The notes under the pieces: model-generated
Seen by the model: the letters and a program-made list of their open reading frames with translations, nothing else
Databases searched by the model: none
Told to the model about the DNA's origin: nothing
Program-made: the position numbers and the translations under genes
In this document: piece after piece, positions 12,520 through 26,663 of the stretch
How the letters are laid out: the number at the start of each line of letters is the position of its first letter
Position numbering within the stretch: the first letter of the stretch is position 1
Source: Chrysomallon squamiferum
Taxonomy: Eukaryota > Animalia > Mollusca
Direction of reading: 5' to 3'
NCBI GenBank assembly: GCA_012295275.1
Contig: CM022665.1
Coordinates: forward strand, 48,174,001 to 48,238,000
DNA: 64,000 bases

Positions 12520-12820
12520 GTTTTTGACTAAGGTATTTAGGTATATCACATTTGTTCCTAAAAATAAATAGTGAAATTACAAAAACTTTTTGACTAAGGT
12601 ATTTAGGTATATCACATTTGTTCCTATGCTACATAGCAACATTATAAATAGTGAAATTACAAAAACTGTTTTGACTAAGGTATTTAGGTATATCACATTT
12701 GTTCCTATGCTACATAGCAACATTATAAATAGTGAAATTACAAAAACTGTTTTGACTAAGGTATTTAGGTATATCATGCTGTTCCAGACAGAAATAACAA
12801 ATGTTTTGACTAAGGTGTAT
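12520..12820. repeat. 81 bp tandem repeat
   Basis: ttgactaaggtatttaggtatatcacatttgttcct... at about 12524, 12590, 12671, 12752. Confidence 0.85.
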
Positions 12821-14016
12821 GCTACACAGACAGATAACAAATAGAAAAAAGTACAAAAATTGTTGTAAGTACACATGTACTACTTCAGTTTTAATGAATT
12901 TATAAACTGTACTGTACAGTTCAGTAGTTTATAAACAATGAAACTAAAAAGACTGAGTAAACTATGCTGTTAAAATAATCAGGTCTCACAGACAGAGTTG
13001 TTGCCCCTGTTTGATTTTCAGGTAATTGTAAATAGAGCTGAGATCTGCTTGTTAATAAAATCATGTTAAACACAACATAGCAATCAACCCTGGTGTTAGG
13101 TTCCTTAATCAAATAATAATCTTATAAAGTTTATTTTATTTTTATTTTTTAAATTTTAAATATCTGTGGTGTGAAATAGAAATGGTCCACTATATGTTGC
13201 TTTAATGTTTTTGAAACCTAAAACTTTTTTTTATTTTTTAAAATTTTTATTTAAATTTAAAATATTTGTTTGTCTTATATAGCATATCATTATGTTTATG
13301 TTATAGTACACAGTTCTGTGTTGAATATGTGCAGTATTAAACATATTGTATTATACATGGGCTGGATTTGAAACAAGAATAAAATTCTATTATTATAATC
13401 TGTCTGTGTGTGTGCGTGTTTGTATACATACACATACACAGATATATATAAATACGGATATTAGCATGTACACACACACGTACATATATATAAATATATA
13501 AATGTATGTATGCACATAATACAAAGTCTCTAACAACAGTGTCTGTTCAGACTGAGTCTATGTAAACTTCAGCCTTTGTATTGTCTGGTTTTCTTGCTTC
13601 TTTGTAACTATAGCAACAAGCATGTCATTCACTTTGCCTGAGCTTTCATGATTTTTGTTTATATTTTATTAAATATTGTCTCAAATAAAATTCGCCTCTT
13701 TGTGTGACCTGTTAGCAAGAATCAAGTTTCTGTCTGTCTGTCTGTCTGTATTTGAGTGTGAAATAAGTAAAATATTCATCTAGTAGTTTGTGAAATGAAC
13801 ACACATGAAGTAGTTAAACCATATTTTTATAAAAATGAAATTAGTTTTTTTTTTAATGATGTGTATAATGTTTTTGGCACCCACCTATGCCAAAGTATGA
13901 CAAAAAAGCTTTATTGTAAGATTTACAGTTTTAACACAGAAGTATTAGAGAGACTGGCAACATGAAGGATCTCTCTGTGTGTGTGTGTGTGTGTGTGTGT
14001 TTCTGTGTCTGTCTGT

Positions 14017-14073
<57 letters not shown>

Positions 14074-14572
14074 TGCCTGTTGTAAGCATTCAGATGACTG
14101 ATGAAAATTGTCAAAAACAAATTATAAAAATATCTGATGATACACTTCACCTCCACCTAAAAAACTAAATAATCATAACCAGTGTTTTTTGTTTTGTTCC
14201 TTTCTAACGCCAGTTTGTGTGTTTTGCTGTAGATATCATCACACTGTCTGTAATTTCAACTCTGTATAACTAGGCCATCTGTGACACGCTTGGCTAACCA
14301 CATCTTACTTTCTTCAAGCCTGAAATGTTTTTATTCATTCATTTGCATGAGGCACTTCATCAGATGGGTGGTATTATGAAATGCTGAAATTTAACACTGA
14401 ATAATCATTAAAATACAGTTCAGTTATTTGAAATTTCTCAGAATAATGTGAACATTTGTTTTTGTAAAAAGATCAATCTTTTCTTACAAGATGATACATA
14501 CACTTTGGCCTTTAGTTTGTCCCTACGCTTTACCATAGACTTAGATACTTCTAACAACTAATTTGTTGTCTT

Positions 14573-14603
<31 letters not shown>

Positions 14604-14616
14604 TTATTATTATTAT

Positions 14617-14651
<35 letters not shown>

Positions 14652-15509
14652 TAATAAGTTTTGCATTTAACAGAAGTGTACAAGAAATTCATTTTTTAAA
14701 ATTGGGTTCTAAAATATTTTTTTTATTTAATAAGTATGGTTTTAACAATTTATTTATTTTTTAATTTATTTATTTATTTACTTATTTAATTTACTTACTT
14801 ATTTATTTATTTATTATATTAATTAAATAGAAGTAACTGGATTATGTACTTTGTTTTTAATGTCACAACCTGTTTCAGAGAGAAAATGAAAGTTTTCATA
14901 ATTGTAGTATAGTAAAATGCAGGTTGCAAATTGGGATTAAATTTTGTTTAGTTTTATTGTGTTTTTCTCTGATTTTGTGTTATGAAATGTAAAACTTTCT
15001 ACCTCTAGAACACAGTAAAAGCATTTGTAATTGTAAAAAAATATTTATAGTTGTAAAACGTTTAAAGCAACAAAACATGTCGACTCAGTCTGTGTGTGTC
15101 ATTTATACTGTAAATAAATTTTATTTCTATTGCTTTCATACATTTTATTTATTTTTGTATTATTTTTTGTATTATTACCATTATTTTTTATTATTATTAT
15201 TATTATTTTTATTTATTTATTAAATTGTCTATGCAAGATGTAATTTTACTAAAATTTAAATATATAAAGCAAAGTTATGATTTTTTTTCAAGTCTATGGT
15301 AAATTATTGTTACTTCAGCTGATAAATTAATAATTAATTTACAAGAATAAAGTTTACAGAAATATAGATCAAGTTGATTTCTCTGTGTCAATATATATAT
15401 ATATATATTAATGACACTGGTGAAATGATTTTGGTTAGTAATGATGAGATAGGGAACATGTTATGTTTAATAATACTGTTGCCATAATAAATGTATAAAT
15501 GAATAACTC

Positions 15510-15546
<37 letters not shown>

Positions 15547-17326
15547 CATAATTCTTGTTTGACAAATGAACCCCAATGAGACTAGATCCTGCATTCCCCC
15601 GTGTATCAGACATACACTACCACTGGTCTATATTTGAAATAAAAACAAACACAGTGGGGACTTCACAAACCAATATAAGTTTATTTCTGACACAGCAGCA
15701 CAGCAAGTGAAAAGGGTTAACAAGCAAAAAAGCAAAAATCTGATTTTTACAAAAAATTTTACAACAGAAAACAGAAAAATATTTAGTTTGAATCCTACAC
15801 TAAGTGACTCCTGAAGGAAAAGTGTGGGGGAGAGAATGATCTCCTTAACTTCCTCAGTGAGCCATTTTAAAATAAAATGTTCTAAATTATGTAGCAAGAT
15901 TATAATAATAAAAATCAAAGTGTTTTAAAATAGCAAGATGTCTTATAATAATAAAGTGTTTCAAAATGCACAGCAAGATTGATTTTTTATTGCAAAGTTT
16001 AAAATAAAAAATCTAAATGTCTTTTATTATTATTATAGTTTTTTTTTTTTTTAAATAGCTATATTTTATTTATTATTTATAAAGTTGTAAAATACACAGC
16101 TAGGCTGATTTTGTTATTATAAACAGTTTAAAATACACAGTAAAATGCCTTTTTATTATAAAGTGTTTTAAAATACACAGATGATTGATGTTTTATCAGT
16201 TTTAAAATACACAGTAAAATTTCTTATTTTTATAAAATAGTGGGAAAAAATCACTTCATTTCATACAGTAGTTTTAATATGAACAGATACATTTCACATA
16301 CTTTTTAAGTGTTTATTCCGAGATTTGCCAGTTTTTGAATTAAACAGCTTTGTTTCTCGGACTACAGGTAGTTTTCTAAAGAAGATAAAATATTGTTTAC
16401 TCTTACTTGTGCAAATTAACAAACACCTGCTTCCTAAATCTTAAAACCACAACATTTCACTTATGAAATTTAATTGATGACAAATTTTAAATATGCTATA
16501 CTTCACTATGTTGTACTCTAAAAAAAAAACAAATTTTTAAAAGTTAAAAGTAAACTTATGAATGAGAAAGAAATTTAATTTTAAATTGAAGAGCTACACT
16601 CTGAATTAATGTAAGGTACTTATCTTTCTTCTTGTATGAAAATATGAATTCTGTGATTTAATGACAATGTTTAAAATATGAATTCTGAAGATATTTAGAG
16701 GGGAAAACATTAAATGGATTTCTTTTTTTTTTTTTTACTTCTTTTTTAATTTTTTTTTTTTTTTTACTGACAAAAAAATGAAAAAGAAAGATACCTTTTA
16801 ATTTTTCATTTATTTCGTTTAAAAATATTTGGTTTTATATTAAAAATTATTTACTTTATTGTTACTTTATTTTCATTAAACTGTTATTTATATTATGTTG
16901 TTACTATTACTTTTTTGTTTAATTTATTTATTTATTATTATTATTTTTAAATTTTAATAGTGTTAATATTACTGTTGATTTCAAATTCTTTTTTTTTTCT
17001 TCTCTTTTTCTAAGTTAAAACTAGACAAAAGGCTTTTTCAGAATGATAGTAACTTTACCATTAATATAAACATTATATTATTATTATATATTTTTATATA
17101 TATATAAAGATGGTGACGTAACAAAAATAGATTTACTTTCTCTTTCTACAAAACAGCACCAAAACCAAAATACAACAAAAAAATATAGATTTCAATTTTA
17201 GAAATAAACTTTTACATTTGCCATTTATTCATTTTCATTTTAAAAGAATTATAACAAAAATATAGATTTTATTTTTTAACATTATTTTAGAAATAAAATT
17301 TTACCTTTGCCATTTATATTTTATTT

Positions 17327-17358
<32 letters not shown>

Positions 17359-18724
17359 TTGTAACAAAAATATAGATTTAAAACAGTGGAATGTGACAGA
17401 CAGAGACAACACACAAAAACAACGTCAAAGTCAATACTGTAGTTAAAAAGTAAAAAAATCGAGTAAAAAAGATTAAAATGTTAAAAAAACAATGTTCAGC
17501 ACCATAGATGTGAGAGAAGACAAGAAAAACACCACACAGGGGAACTCACACAGCTCCACACCAGGGCAGTGCATGGGTGTAACACAGGGCGGGGCCTCAT
17601 CTCAGAGTGATATTCCTTCATTGTAGGGTGTCGTTTGTTTCTCATTTATTTACTTATTAATTTAAAAAAAAAAAAATGTTTCATTTTTTATTCCTTATTT
17701 TTATTTTATTTATTTATTTATTTATTTATTTTATATTTTATATTTATTTATTTATTTATTTATATATTTATTTATTTCCTTATCTTATTTTTTATTTTAT
17801 TTTATTTATTTATTTATTTATTTTTGCTTCAAAATAAAGTTCAGTTAATTTGTAATGAATTTAATAACAAAAAAAAAAAAAAAAAAAATAAAATATTAAA
17901 TACATTTTAAAATTTTAAAACTGTTTTCTAAGCCATCGAACCCTTTATTTACAAACAGACCTGTTCAGAAAAACAGAAACCAACACAAAATCTTTCAGTC
18001 TGATTTTAACCAACATTAAACATCTTCCATTTCTTTTTTCTTCTTTTTACCCCAATTCAAACACTAATGTAACAGGACTGAAAATGTCATCATTGTTAAC
18101 TGTCATGTCGACTGACAACTGACAAAGAAGCCAGTGACACAGACGTAGCCGATGTTTCAGTGTGGACCTGGTGTGAAACTGTGCGACGTCTCCCTCCATG
18201 GCAGCACCAAAATCAGATTATAAAAAAAGTGTGTGAAAAATATAATTTCAAGTGAGAATATAAAAATTCGTGTGAAAAAATATAAAGCAGGGTGGTGAAA
18301 AATACAATTTCAGGTGAAAAATACATCTCTTAGTAAATACCCTGATTAAAAACAGGTAAATATTTCACTTGACACAAAAACTGACAAAATATTTCTTTTA
18401 CAAAACTGACAACAGGGTAAAATATTTATACTTCATAAAAAATTAAAAAATCAAAAAGTCATCAGAATCATAAAAATTTACACTTTGGCCATGTGTTTTT
18501 TTTTATAACAAAACACCAAACCCAGTTTTCACCTGGTTTTACCTGTCACAGAACCAACATCTGGTTCTCTACTTAATACCAGTCTGATATCCCACAATGC
18601 ACCATCATGAAACAAACAAGATCTTTCCTTTGACCTGAATATGTATGAATCCTTACAAAAGTTTAGTAGTTTGTCATAAACAAACATAACCTTTCCTCTG
18701 ACAACTTTAACATAATACTTTTTC

Positions 18725-19380
18725 AAAAATACATTACATAAAGTTCTAGTTTATTCTTAAAATGCATTACATAAAGTACTAGTTTATTCTTAAAATGCAT
18801 TACATAAAGTACTAGTTTATTTTTAAAATACATTACATGAAGTTCTAGTATATTCCTAAAATGCATTACATAAAGTACTAGTTTATTTTTAAAATACATT
18901 ACATAAAGTACTAGTATATTCTTAAAATACATTACAAAAACTACTAGTTTAGTTTAATAATACATTAAATAAAGTACTTGTCTAGTTTTAAAATACTTTA
19001 CAAAACTACTAGTCTATTATTAAAATACATTACATAAACTGCTAGTATTTTAAAAATACATAAAGTACTTGTCTAGTTTTAAAATACATTATTACATAAA
19101 GTACTGGTATAGTTTTAAAAAAACATTACATAAAACACCCTGTAGTTTTAAAATACATTACATTAACTTCTATGACACTTGAAAAACAATTACATTAAAT
19201 TTTAGGACACTTAATTAAAAATACAGAAAAACATTAATGGCTTTTCAAAAAAATACATTACACAAAATGCTAGTACACTTTTAAAATACATTACACAGAA
19301 TGTTTTTAAACTTAGTTTTACAATACATTACACAAAATACTAGTAACTGTTAGAATGTAAATTACATTAAATGCTTAACA
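18725..19380. repeat. 33 bp minisatellite, decaying rightwards
   Basis: aaaatacattacataaagtactagtttattctt. Confidence 0.85.
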
Positions 19381-19550
19381 AATTGAAAAATTACTTCATG
19401 TTTATGTCACATGTAAACTGTTCTTGTCATGTGTTTTTCATGTCTCAGTTACTTGGCACAAATAAAAAAATTTAAAAAGTCAAAACTGGAAACAAGGAAA
19501 GATAAATCAGCAGTATAACAAGGGGCAGAGAAAAATAAACTGATGTTGTA

Positions 19551-19666
19551 AGGGGCAGATCCAGAGATGGGAAGCCAACATTTAACCAAATCCCAGCACT
19601 GAACATCAATTAGGTTTTTTTTGTTATTATATGTATATGTATGTATGTATATGTATGTATATGCAT

Positions 19667-19716
<50 letters not shown>

Positions 19717-19861
19717 GCATCATATATATTTATATACATATACACACACACACACACACACATATAGATACATATGTACACACATGTATATATATACACA
19801 CACACACATATTTTTAGTATGACTATTTCTTCACTTATTTAAAGCCTACTGGATCTGCCCT
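19551..19861. mobile_element. MITE-like element with inverted termini enclosing a (TA)n/(CA)n tract
   Basis: AGGGGCAGATCCAG at 19551 and CTGGATCTGCCCT at 19849-19861 are reverse complements apart from one G. Confidence 0.55.
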
Positions 19862-20520
19862 TATTTTTTTTAAGCAGTATAATTTCACACAACCAGAATA
19901 TACCAGTGGTGGTCACAACATCTGAAAATCAGCAGCAAAGGCACCAAGTAATCTGTCTCCATGGTGACACACACACACCTGTGCCAGGTGTTTAGAGGTG
20001 ATGTTCATTTGCTTTGTAAATTATAATATAAAACACATTTTGTATGTAAACAACGTAAATGATTTTAAAAAAATAATAATAATTAAAAAATAAAACATTT
20101 AGCACTAAACAGGGATGTCACATTTGACAACGTAGAAACAATGGAAGATTTGTCTGAATTTAAAGTCAACCTGTTTTAACATGAACAGTTTAAATACATT
20201 TTTACACATTTCCAGATTATTACTTCATTTGTTTTTGGCTACCATCCTTTGCTGATAATAAAACACATGACAATAAAATAAGTAATTATTTCTAGTTTGT
20301 GTCCTTGTATGTCAGATATTTCATACACGAGAAATTCCTAATAGGCTCAGTCTGTTCGGGCTTTTGTGCATTCTCTGAGACTTGTTATTTTATTGTCATA
20401 CTTTATTGTTAGCAATGTCTAGTTGTCACAAATAAATAAAACAATAACTTGGACATATCCTGAATGTATTTAGACCTATTATATTTCAACATCATTATGA
20501 AATTAATAAGAAACAAATGA

Positions 20521-20558
<38 letters not shown>

Positions 20559-21879
20559 ACATTAATAAAGACAGAACAAAAATGGTAACAAAAAAATGGA
20601 AAAAATGACATTTCGTGCACAGTTGTGGTTGTTCTGGTGGTTTTTATACTAAAATGACGACGAAGAAGACGATGATGATGTACATTATAAAGACAATATA
20701 ACATCATATTAAATAATACTAAAAAGCTCTTAAAATTAATTTACTGACTATGTATATATAGTATTACTTATAGAAACTTATGTATATGTGTATGTATATA
20801 TGAATGTATATATAGATATATATATAGATATATATAAAGAGACATTTTGTTCTGCAGAAAACAAACACTGAAGATAACTGACACAGAATTAATATTGTTA
20901 GTTCAAACATCTCTAGCAAAAAATGCATAACTGTATAGCATATTTCAAATACAATAATTTGCAGCATACTATATTAAAATGTTGTCATATTAAATAGGAC
21001 AATGTTGGACATAATATTGTATTTAAAATGTATATTATGTTGAACAGTACAGTGTTGTTTAGAATATTGTATTCAAACTTTTGTACATTACATTAACTTG
21101 TACAGTATTGTACAGAATATTGTATTTAAAATGTTGTATGTTATACTGATTGTTACAAGACCATGTGAAGATGATAGTCTAGCAGCAGACAAACATCAAA
21201 GTCTGTTTGAAACACAGAAACACTGCTAGGTTCGTGAGACTTAACACAGGGAATGTCTTAATTTGGAACTTCAATAGACACAAAGCAGTAAATTTATTTA
21301 TAAAAGTTAATTAGGTAAATGCTGTAAAACAAAACCAATATGATTACCAGTTTGTAACCCCAGCAGAGTGAAGCAAACAGCAGATTATGTCTCTATGTGT
21401 GATACCACACGCACTTCATGTTACTGGTTATGTAATATATATATATGTTATGTATATATATTTATAATATGATGAGATGTAATATAAACAGTATTATCTA
21501 CAACTAAATGAAAGTTTCTACCTAATTTTCTAGTATTTTACTACAATTAACACACAACTAGCTAGATGTAGTACTGTAAGGGTACAGACTATATGTGCAA
21601 CACAAAGTAAACTAAATTTGTATTTAACTACATACGGTGTGAAATATGCCTTGTATTTAATACAGTATGATGAATTTTATCTGTGACTGTGAAATATGTT
21701 TTGTATTTAATACAGGATGGTAGAATGTCCTATAGTTAACATGGTGAATGTTCTATGTAACTGTGAAATACATTTTGTATTTAACACTGTATAATAATGT
21801 TTTCAATTACTTTCTATGTCTGATTCAGTTGAAATGAATTTTGGTTTTTAAATTTGTTGAAATACATTTATTTAGAAAT

Positions 21880-22120
21880 ATTAAAACCATATTGTAGTAG
21901 TCTATGTGGAAATACTAAAATCGTGAAAACTAAAATCATGTTGCAGTCTATGTGGAAATACTAAAATCGTGAAAACTAAAATCATATTGTGGTAGTCTAT
22001 GTAGAAATACTAAAATCGTGAAAATACATCAAATGTGGAAATACTAAAATCATGAAAACTAACATCATGTTGCAGTCTATGTGGAAATACTAAAATCGTG
22101 AAAACTAAAATCATGTTGTG
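21880..22120. repeat. ~47 bp minisatellite starting right after the EAAT stop codon
   Basis: gtctatgtggaaatactaaaatcgtgaaaactaaaatcatgttg. Confidence 0.85.
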
Positions 22121-22121
22121 G

Positions 22122-22305
22122 TTAGTTCTCATCAAAAGGGGTGTCTCCGTTTCTGCGATTGTCAATTTCGTCTTGTTCTTTCATTTCGATGTCTTCGGGC
22201 AGTGGAGCGTGTCGGTCAAGCGCTAACTCTTTCTCAGAGAGGTGAGCAATCACCCCAGCACCAAAACTGTCACCCAGCACATTGACAGACGTCCGAATTC
22301 GATCT
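22122..22305 (-). CDS. EAAT last coding exon
   Basis: aacag|[63 protein letters not shown]. Confidence 0.92.
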
Positions 22306-25300
22306 CTGTTGTAACAAAATTGAGACTTAATTTTAAAACATTTAAAAAAATAATAAAACTGAGGCTTGTAAGATTATCTCTGTAACAGATGTTTTTGGTT
22401 ATCTCCAAAATTATCATAAATAAATAAATAAACAAATAAATAAATAAATAGAATAAAACAAAATAAAATAAAATGAAAAGGAATTCATGCTTGCAAGAAG
22501 TAAATTAGAAAAGACTCTTACAAGAACCAGTCAACAGCAACAATGAGGGACACGTCGTCAACTGGCAGCCCCACAGACGTCAACACCATGATCATAGTGA
22601 CAAGACCAGCGCTGGGGATAGCAGCAGCTCCTATACTGGCACAGGTAGCTGTCAGACTGCAAGACAAGTTTTACACTGTTATATGCCACACTGTGCTGAA
22701 TAATACACAATACTAAATATTACATTGTTATATACCACATAGAATACTGTACATATTAAATATTACACTGTTATATACCACACTGTGCTGAATAATACAC
22801 AATACTAAATATTACACTGTTATATACCACATAGAATACTGTACAATATTAAATATTACACTGTTATATACCACACAATGTTAAATATCTTTTATACTAA
22901 ACAGTGTTTTACATTACACAGTATTAAATATTACAGTGTCAAACATCTCATGTATCAAACAATGTTAAACATCTAGTTACATAATAAACAGAACTACGCA
23001 TGAACTGATTCAAGGGAGACAACTGCACACTAAGCTGACGAACCTGATGGTGAGGATTTTGCCGAAGCTGAGGTCCATGCCGTTCATCTGTGCAATGAAG
23101 ATGGGGGCCACGGCTTCGTACAGGGCAGTGCCGTCCATGTTGATGGTGGCGCCGATGGGCAGCACGAAGCGAGTCACTCGTCTGTCGATGTTCAGATTCT
23201 CCTCCAGACAGCGGAACGTCACCGGCAGAGTCGCTGAACTGTGAACAAAAACACTCAACTGTGAAAAAACACTTCATATAACACACTGAACTGTGAAAAA
23301 CACTTCATATAACACACTGAACTGTGAAAAAAACACTGAACTGTGAAAAAACATTTCATATAACACATTGAACTGTGAAAAAATATTTCATATAACATAC
23401 TAAACTGTAAAAAATGCTTTACATATCAATGAACTATAAAAAACATTTTACATACATTTTAATTAACTCACTTAAATATTATTGGGTGTTTCTAACTAAT
23501 TAACTCACCTGTATGAAATGATCAGGTTTTTCTAACTAATTAACTCACCTGTATGAAATGATCAGATTTTTCTAGCTAATTAACTCACCCTTAAGAAATG
23601 ATCAGGTGTTTCTAACTAATTAACTCACCTGTATGAAATTACAGGTGTTTCTAACTAACTGACTCACCTGTACGAAATTACAGGTGTTTCTAACTCACAT
23701 GTATGAAATTATCAGGTGTTTCTAACTAACTGACTCACCTGGATGAAATTACAGGTGTTTCTAACTCACATGTATGAAATTACAGGTGTTTCTAACTCAC
23801 CTGTATGAAATTATCAGGTGTTTCTAACTAACTGACTCACCTGGATGAAATTACAGGTGTTTCTAACTCACCTGTATGAAATTATCAGGTGTTTCTAACT
23901 AACTGACTCACCTGGATGAAATTACAGGTGTTTCTAACTCACCTGGATGAAATTACAGGTGTTTCTAACTAACTGACTCACCTGGACGATGTTCCCAGTG
24001 CGGTGACCCAGGCCTGCAGGATGCCAATGAACAGTGTGAGTGGGTTTTTCCTGGTGATGATGAAGTAGATGAGTGGCAGGACGACGGCAGCGTGGATGAT
24101 GAGGCCGGCCAGGACAGTGACCATGTACATACCCAGCTGCTCCCCCACCTTGGCAGGGTCGTCCAGCGACAGGATCTTTCCCACAATCAGGAACAGGATA
24201 CCAATAGGAGAATACCTGAGTGAAAGTTATCAGTAGTCAGTAAATATTAACTTGTACCTGAATAATAGTCATCAGTAGTCAGTAGACAGTAACTTATACC
24301 TGAATAATAGTCATCAGTAGTCAGTAGACAGTAACTTATACCTGAATAATAGTCATCAGTAGTCAGTAGACAGTAACTTATTATACCTGAATAAGTCATC
24401 AGTAGTCAGTAGACAGTAACTTATTATACCTGAATAATAGTCATCAGTAGTCAGTAGACAGTAACTTATTATACCTGAATAATAGTCATCAGTAGTCAGT
24501 AGACAGTAACTTATTATACCTGAATAAAAGTCATCAGTAGTCAGTAAACATAACATTGTACCTGAATAATCAGTAAACATAAAATTATACCTGAATAAAA
24601 TCATCAGTAGTCAGTAGACCTGAATAACTTATTATACCTGAATAAAAGTCAGCAATAGTCAGTAAACATAAAATTGTACCTGAATAAAATCATCAGTAGT
24701 CAGTAAACATTAACTTGTACCTGAATAAAAAATCATCAATAGTCAGTAAACATTAACTTGTACCTGAATAAAAGTCATGAATAGTCAGTCAGTAAATATT
24801 AACTTATAGCTGAATAAGTCATGAATAGTCATCAGTAAACATTAACTTGTACCTGAATAAAAGTCATGAATAGTGAGTCAGTAAATATTAACTTGTACCT
24901 GAATAATCATGAATAGTCAGTCAGTAAATATTAACTTATAGCTGAATAAAAGTCATGGATAGTCAGTAAACATTAACTTGTACCTGAATAAAAGTCATGA
25001 ATAGTCAGTCAGTAAATATTAACTTATAGCTGAATAAAAGTCTTGAATTGTCAATAAACATTAACTTATACCTGAATAAAAATCATGAACTGTCAATAAA
25101 TATTAACTTATACCTAAATAATAACAAGTTGTTGAAGTGTCAGTAATATTAACTTATACCTGAGTGAAAAGAAGCTTTAAACAGTCAGTACATACTAGCT
25201 TATGTACACAAAGTACAATAAAATGAGATTTTGAATCGGCTGTGAAGTGAGATGAAGGTGCAGGGTATGTTATATGAATGTGTGTTTACCACATGACAAG

Positions 25301-26631
25301 CAGAACAATTCTCATGATGATCTCATTGAGGACTGCAAAGAAATCCACCATCAGCTTCGCTTTCTCAGCCATCTTGCTCATCAGAATCCCAAACACTGTG
25401 CAGAAACTGATCAGACCTGAAAAACAAAAACGTCTTTGTTTTAATATCTACAAAAATGTGTTTGTTTTAATATCTACAAAAATGTGTTTATTTTAATATC
25501 TACAAAAATGTCTGTTTTAATATCTACAAAAATGTCTTTGTTTTAGTATCTACAAAAATGTTTCAATTTCTACAAACATATGTCTGTTTTAATAGCTACA
25601 AAAATGTTTGTTTCAATATCCACAAAAATGTCTGTTTTAATATCTACAAAAATATGTCTGTTTTAGTATCTACAAAAATGTTTGTTTCAATATCTACAAA
25701 AATGTTTATTTTAATATCTACAAAAATATGTCCATTTTAATATCTACAAAAATGTTTATTTTTATATAAAAATAGAGTTGTCAGTGTGTTTTCAGCAACT
25801 ACAGTTTTTGTTCTAATATTCGTTATCACATTCTGTTGTCTCTCTCTTTTATTTATTTTTTTTTTTTTGTTTTTTTATTTTCCCCCCACTGGTTTGTCTT
25901 TTTTATGTTTTCAATATTGTTTTTTTTTTTTTATTTATTTATTTATTGTTTTTTTTTTTTTTTTTATTATTTTTTGTAACATTTGTTGTTTTGTATGCTC
26001 TGCATGTTCAACTGAGTGTTCATGTAACAAATGGGACTGATGTAATGTGTGGTAACATATCTCAACTCAGTGTTAGCTGAGAGCAGTAAACAGACAGTAA
26101 ACAGACAGTAAACAGACAGTAAACAGACGGTAAACAACCAATAACTCCAAACACCCAACTAACCTTTGTAAAAAAAAAAAAAAAATCAAAAAAGTATAAT
26201 TAACAAAAATACAAACCCAAAACGTTGATGCCATCGTTGTACGGCAGAGTGCGAATCCACTTTGTGTGGGTTTCCTTGACAACCACATACGTGGTGTTGG
26301 TGCCGTTGTCTGTGACGGTGTGCATGATGACGCTCTGGGTGGTGCTTGCTATGGTTTCGTTGAGTGAGAAGGGGAGGTCGGTGACGTTCATCGTGTTGTT
26401 GCCCTCAGGCACAGATGTGTCTTTCTCATACACAGTCCTCTGATGCTGAAACGTAGCCTGAACCAGGTTCTCCGGGAAAATGTTCCTGCAACATACAATT
26501 CTCATTATTAGTGTTGTTGTTATTACTATTACTATTATTACTGTTATTATTGTTATTAATTTTATTATTATTATTATAGTAGTAGTAGTATTTTTATTAT
26601 TATTATTACTAGTGTTATTACAATTATTATC

Positions 26632-26663
<32 letters not shown>

